From: Orbicella franksi
Taxonomy: Eukaryota
Length of the DNA: 64,000 bases
Reading direction: 5' to 3'
NCBI GenBank assembly: GCA_964199315.1
Contig: OZ116699.1
Location: 22,072,001-22,136,000, forward strand
Shown: positions 61,001 to 64,000 of the stretch, in pieces
Position numbering within the stretch: position 1 is the stretch's first letter
Layout of the letters: each line of letters begins with the position of its first letter
Position numbers and translations under genes: made by a program
Notes under the pieces: generated by a model
Databases searched by the model: none
Told to the model about the DNA's origin: nothing
Seen by the model: only the letters and a program-made list of their open reading frames with translations

Positions 61001-63632
61001 AGAACAATTCTCCCATTTCCATGTTATGGGTCAGTGCTGCACCTTGATGAAAAGAGGTAACTACTTTAACGTAAAAAGGCAGTTGGAATGTAAGGCTAAG
61101 GAACAGGCTTGACTGGTCAAAGTGAGGCTGGCGAGTGAATGATTTGGCCCCAAGTGTTTTAGCTTCTAGTAGTAGGGAAATGATGCTGGGATAATCAGAA
61201 AAATGAAAAACAATCACAATACTTGGGGTACAAATTTAACTTTAACAAAAGCCACAAGTACATGACTTGTGTTTCTATAACTGAAGACTTAGGCTACCTT
61301 TTTTAAATTTCAGATCAACAATATTCAGCTGGAGAGATAAAAGACCTGGCATTTTTTGTTACCTTTTTGTCCCCCAACTCAAAAATTACCACATCCACCA
61401 CATCAATGGACCAAACATGAACTGTGGGCACCAGGAGCTCAAACTTCCTTTTAACCAACAGTTCATGAATGATGCTTAATAATACAGACTGCACATCTGA
61501 CTTGAAGGTATTTTCACTGGAACAGCCACCTGCAGTGGAATTGAGAAAATTTATAGACCTCATATTGTAGCCTATTTCATGGTTAACTTTTCTTTTTTAT
61601 TATGTTTCATGGATGCAGGGGAATTGTGGGCAGAACTACAAAAGTTAGTTACCCTAGATTGCCGCCCATTCGCATTGGATTGCATTACCGAGCAAATAAG
61701 AAAAAAAAATAACCATGAAAAGGGCTATAAAAATATACGGCATGTGCACTTTTACACTCCAAACCTGTAATCTGTATGTTACAGTTACACGTAGAATATG
61801 TAACAATAAATAGCTTGTACATTGCTTGTAAGCACCTTTCACAAACGTTCATTTGTCAAAGTCATATCTGAGTGTGGGGTGGGCTCCTTCTGTGAACAGA
61901 GAATGGTAATTAAGCCTGAACTTAGAGTTATTATTAGTCTCCAATCACACATCCAAAATAAACCTTGCCTCTGTTTTTAGGCCAGAGCTACTTGAAAAGC
62001 AACTTTGCTGAATTTATTATTATAATTATGGTTAAAAACTCTCTGTCAAACGGCATGCATTGCAAGCATTTGTTTTTGTTTTGATTCTGTCACTGAAGAC
62101 AGCGTCAGAAAATCAGAAGGATTTGGGGCATTCAGTGGCCTCAAATATAATTTACTGGTAAAACTGGTATATGTTTGCTTTAAATGCCATTTGATTTAGA
62201 ACTACTGTATTTTGAAATTCTGGCCTCGCGTCATGAGGTGACAAATGTCCCCTAAAAAGTTCCTGCCCCCATAGGCACCATGCTGAGAATTGAAACAACT
62301 CCACAAAATAAATTTACTTTTTTATTTTCTTTCATAAGTATATCTATAAACAGACTATAAAGCACTTTCTTTGCTTAGAATACCGTCTCAGTCATGACAT
62401 AGAATAAGGGCAATGAACAGACATTTTTCTTTTGTTGGTGAGTTCATTATGTGCTTTGGCAAGCTTTGGAATCCATACAGAGTTATTATTGTTAACTGGT
62501 CATGTACGGATACTAAAATGTTTTCAGTTTGCCTTTTTTGCAAGAAAGGTTTTCTTCTCCAGGAATAAATGCAGCAGAGAAAACACTATTTATCAACAAA
62601 TAAATTTCAAGAAGCCTCGCCGCAGGTGACTTAACATTGGATAAATCTACAAAGCAATGCAATAGCTTTTCTGAAGGCTAGCAATGACACCGGGCAATGA
62701 TAGCAATACGAAGGAAAATACAACCAAATTCTGCCATTCACTTGAGTTGATGGGAGTATTTTTTCTTGTGTCTTCCCTACTGTTTCTCCACCGATCCCAG
62801 AGAGATTTTCTCTTAAGAGCTTGTATGGTCCAAACCTTCCACAGGGGTTCTTAGTAAATCACATTGTACCGGCCATTGTTTAGCTTCTCAAATTGTACCA
62901 GATAATTTACTACCAATTTTTCTCCTAAAATAATCACCCTACCCAAGAAAGTGAAATTGAAACTGATGATGAAGAATGATACCTGTTTGAAAATCAAGTT
63001 AGATTGCTAAGATTATCACATATGGAAATAGCTACTATAAGACACTTTGAAACGAAGGTTTTTGTACCAAAGGAAATTCGAGTCGCAGCACACAATGCAT
63101 GCTGTTTGACAGAGAGTCTTTATATAGACATACTGATAATTGGTATTACTAAATGTTTTGCAAGAAGTTGTGAAATTACTTTTGACCAGAACTTTCTGCC
63201 TGATAGCAGCTTCAGTATACCATGCTATTGGTAATGAAACTTACCTGCCAGATTGTGAAGATAAGTAATTACAAGTGACAGGCAGTCATTACAGGAGTCA
63301 AAATCAAGAACAGACTGAACAAAAGGCTGGAACCAAGCCAGTGCAGTTTTATAAAATTGGCTGGAGTGTTTTGTATCAGATGAACCTGAAACCGTTCTGG
63401 TTTCACGCAAATCTACAAACATCTCTTGGCTTGAGGCCTCTCCATCTTCATTGTTTTGCCAGTGCATAACAGCATTATGGAAGGAATAGTTTTGAGTTAT
63501 AATTGTAAACAGTTGATCAGGTTTGTGAACTGAGATCTGCCAGATATTTCTGATTCCAAGTCTCTCAAGCAAGACTATGAAGCACTGTAACCTTGGCCAA
63601 AAAGCTCCATCATCATCTGTGGATAAAGTGCA
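37804..63632 (-). CDS. SETX: Senataxin / Sen1-like SF1B RNA-DNA helicase gene, multi-exon; 5' end probably beyond window
   Basis: Hand-spliced GT-AG exons give all Upf1-like helicase motifs in order: QGPPGTGKS, LLCAPSNAAIDEL, VICTTLSG, CVIVDEA, LVLVGDPEQLP, QYRMHPEI, GIITPYRQQ, EVNTVDGFQGREKDVIILSCVRA, RMSVALTRAR, WKALVDDAEER. An N-terminal exon reads FWPRLQCFIVLLERLG, resembling the SETX N-terminal FWPALHCFMVILDRLG as I recall it. Some exons (about 54.0-54.3, 55.4-55.5 and 58-63 kb) are not precisely resolved. Confidence 0.92.
40054..40141 (-). CDS. SETX: SETX exon, helicase motif VI
   Basis: FLSDKQRMSVALTRARHALYVFGHMKTLK; ag/gt boundaries and consistent phases. Confidence 0.9.
40789..40981 (-). 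CDS. SETX: SETX exons 40939-40981 and 40789-40853, motif V
   Basis: GEATIEVNTVDGFQ | GREKDVIILSCVRAQNCFGSIG; canonical splice sites. Confidence 0.9.
41379..41519 (-). CDS. SETX: SETX exon
   Basis: ALSNPAEVDLIVKLCRDLAKILYVESVGIITPYRQQKGEIQSRLMD; cag/gtgagt boundaries. Confidence 0.9.
41554..41787. mobile_element. Short TTAA-flanked MITE (Kolobok-like) in a SETX intron
   Basis: TTAA|AGGAGCTCAGTCACGG ... CCGTGACTGAGCCCTT|TTAA. Confidence 0.7.
42444..43841 (-). CDS. SETX: SETX exons 43769-43841, 43068-43173 and 42444-42530 (motif IV region)
   Basis: KAKEKLYGRSMFERLYRFFRHHKE | EMGKPVLMLEEQYRMHPEIAAFPSSHVYNN | SLDKRPFPLAKHYALFDVHRGGE; phases are consistent. Confidence 0.88.
44877..45917 (-). pseudogene. 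Ngaro ORF3 tyrosine recombinase, catalytic Arg residues substituted
   Basis: Phage-integrase-like fold motifs: SLHAGEFT (normally LRxGE), SKTDPF, GHSFHIGAAT (normally HSxRxG), LGWWSSDAYQIY. Confidence 0.85.
45914..47686 (-). pseudogene. Ngaro ORF2 reverse transcriptase / RNase H, defective
   Basis: KWRLILDLS, AKFDVASAYR, LPFGLRSAPFIF, HYLDDF; RNase H SDAAG, KELFPI, CDNESVV, NPVADALS. It ends in TGA where the frame continues in a typical way (probable CGA>TGA), and appears to have an in-frame deletion at YLQNE^PGKW. Confidence 0.85.
47529..48827 (-). CDS. Ngaro ORF1 (gag-like)
   Basis: Ser/Pro-rich N-terminus, a core LVKKIIEGQFVELADLL...WLEYDLAFR, and a C-terminal Cys/His finger CHSWNEGLCRWPFGRCRFRHNCSNCEGEHTKANC. 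First ATG is near 48725. Confidence 0.82.
   Translation of the reverse strand: MGIKRNFVIHPPGFLRPLSCFWFVFNPLVAGLYIMPNPPRSTNNSLSAGLRSEDFPLLSSAPTVVSMAPSGPVAPLAVDSMAEAVVRALGSSLPTIISSIQGNAPSPLNSSVPGTSAGVAPSSSSESTAVSCDANVSSVASGASSGMFTLPAFVPTFSPVSAITDSSSARFVAPITSPFASSSVASSLPSLGNSASVTKSEKAFIVGPGHAPIPAKLVKKIIEGQFVELADLLTVNLCTVEQEPQTFLEGKLLVSNAKRRQVEIKDILTWTEAFTIFQLVLCASYPLRWLDLTKYKLLIIQTACQYPGLAWLEYDLAFRSDAAASGLNDWSKMNLDLYNFHLRLPTSSSLQPKPSSPSGFPQSSSGNPDPHLRTPFCHSWNEGLCRWPFGRCRFRHNCSNCEGEHTKANCPFPRSAGLRSGSPSPGERRGQY
49815..50238 (-). CDS. SETX: SETX exons 50202-50238 and 49815-49922 (motifs II and III)
   Basis: RVCPFTCVIVDE | ACQCNELDLLIPLWFQASKLVLVGDPEQLPSTVLSM; canonical splice sites. Confidence 0.9.
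50382..51185 (-). mobile_element. 5'-truncated L1/Tx1-type LINE insertion in a SETX intron
   Basis: Frameshifted ORF2 C-terminus (KDTRLAIFQYKIIHHILPTN...QTLTHLFATCSEARLFW...IAKYYLY) and a poly(A) tail at 50382-50391. Flanked by the direct repeat CAATATGACTT (50373-50383 and 51186-51196). Confidence 0.82.
51418..53772 (-). CDS. SETX: SETX exons 53568-53772, 52350-52597 and 51418-51623
   Basis: RILLCAPSNAAIDELIGRI | DLCLVRVGRKSHIHPSV | EILQCADVICTTLSGAGS; phases are consistent. Confidence 0.87.
52652..52897 (-). mobile_element. tRNA-derived SINE, truncated at the B box
   Basis: GGGTTCAAGCCCTGGCCGGGAGCATTGTGTTGTGTTCTTAGACAAGACACTTTACTCTCACAGTGCCTCTCTCCACCCAG body with a (CTTTA)-type tail. Confidence 0.75.
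53168..53260 (-). mobile_element. tRNA-derived SINE head
   Basis: A box TGGCCTCATGG, B box GGTTCGAGCCC, then the CATTGTGTTG SINE body start. No tRNA acceptor stem. Confidence 0.7.
54383..55030 (-). CDS. SETX: SETX exons 54804-55030 and 54383-54532 (Walker A)
   Basis: EYNGSQEKVISTAV...ICLVQGPPGTGKSFTIVGLV; cag/gtaagt boundaries. Confidence 0.88.
55954..58047 (-). CDS. SETX: SETX exons 56522-58047 (large acidic disordered exon), 56364-56452 and 55954-56111
   Basis: A 1526-bp open exon with a poly-Asp tract, ending in VPNYFDSIDHYYKIFKPLLLMEIWEQ (start of the Sen1 helicase region). The downstream small exons are in phase (ESDLVLLT). Confidence 0.85.
60388..60850. repeat. AGTAG-rich simple repeats flanking an assembly gap (N 60425-60651)
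   Basis: GAGAAGATTAGGAGTA and AGTAG units on both sides of 227 Ns. Confidence 0.9.
63245..63632 (-). CDS. SETX: SETX N-terminal domain exon
   Basis: CTLSTDDDGAFWPRLQCFIVLLERLGIRNIWQ...LAWFQPFVQSVLDF; aag/gtaagt boundaries. Confidence 0.75.
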
Positions 63633-64000
63633 CTTAAAACTAAGAATTGAAAAGGGAATCCTAGAATGACATTGTTAGATGTATAGCTACTTACAAATTG
63701 AACAAGATACTAGGCACTTAAGTTTTCAAAAATTTGAGATGGCTTATTCCCTCTACTTAATATGTGTTTTAAACTTTGCAAACAATTCTTTCTTAACATG
63801 CATTGCTGATCACAATTTGATAATAAAAATGGGAATCCCTGAATTTGTCTTAGAGTTGCAAGCACTTAAATCCAAAATAAAGGGTGTTTTCAAGGTTGTA
63901 CCATTGCTATGGTTTCCTATTATGCCTAACCTTCCCTGTAAAACTCCTGTAATACTTTTAGAAAGTAGACTGGTCATATTTCACAGAGCTGTACATAAAA

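Overview
Eukaryotic, intron-rich, AT-rich genomic DNA. The dispersed repeat families look like those of stony corals (inferred from recall, no search run). There are two host genes, both on the minus strand. One is a two-exon class A GPCR (24225-25863). The other is a multi-exon senataxin/Sen1 SF1B helicase gene running from 37804 to at least 63632; its 5' end probably lies beyond the window. The rest is largely transposons. A complete Ngaro-type tyrosine-recombinase retrotransposon with split direct repeats sits in a SETX intron (about 43.9-49.6 kb). A 5'-truncated L2/Crack-type LINE has an uninterrupted ORF2 (14.55-18.41 kb). Also present: a 5'-truncated L1/Tx1 insertion with TSD, TTAA-flanked Kolobok-like elements, an hAT deletion derivative, a MULE-like element nested in a MITE, several MITEs, SINE pieces, a 2-kb foldback around a Penelope fragment, satellites and one 227-bp N gap. 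The most interesting observations are: (i) CTD-like (W/F)SPAExE heptads, 16-aa repeats and an RD tract in the SETX tail; (ii) an Ngaro copy whose repeats look young but whose recombinase has lost both catalytic Arg, with an apparent 11-bp TSD; (iii) a roughly 590-bp duplication exactly bracketing a Kolobok-like element; (iv) the Penelope-containing foldback. No CRISPR array, rRNA or genuine tRNA gene was seen.
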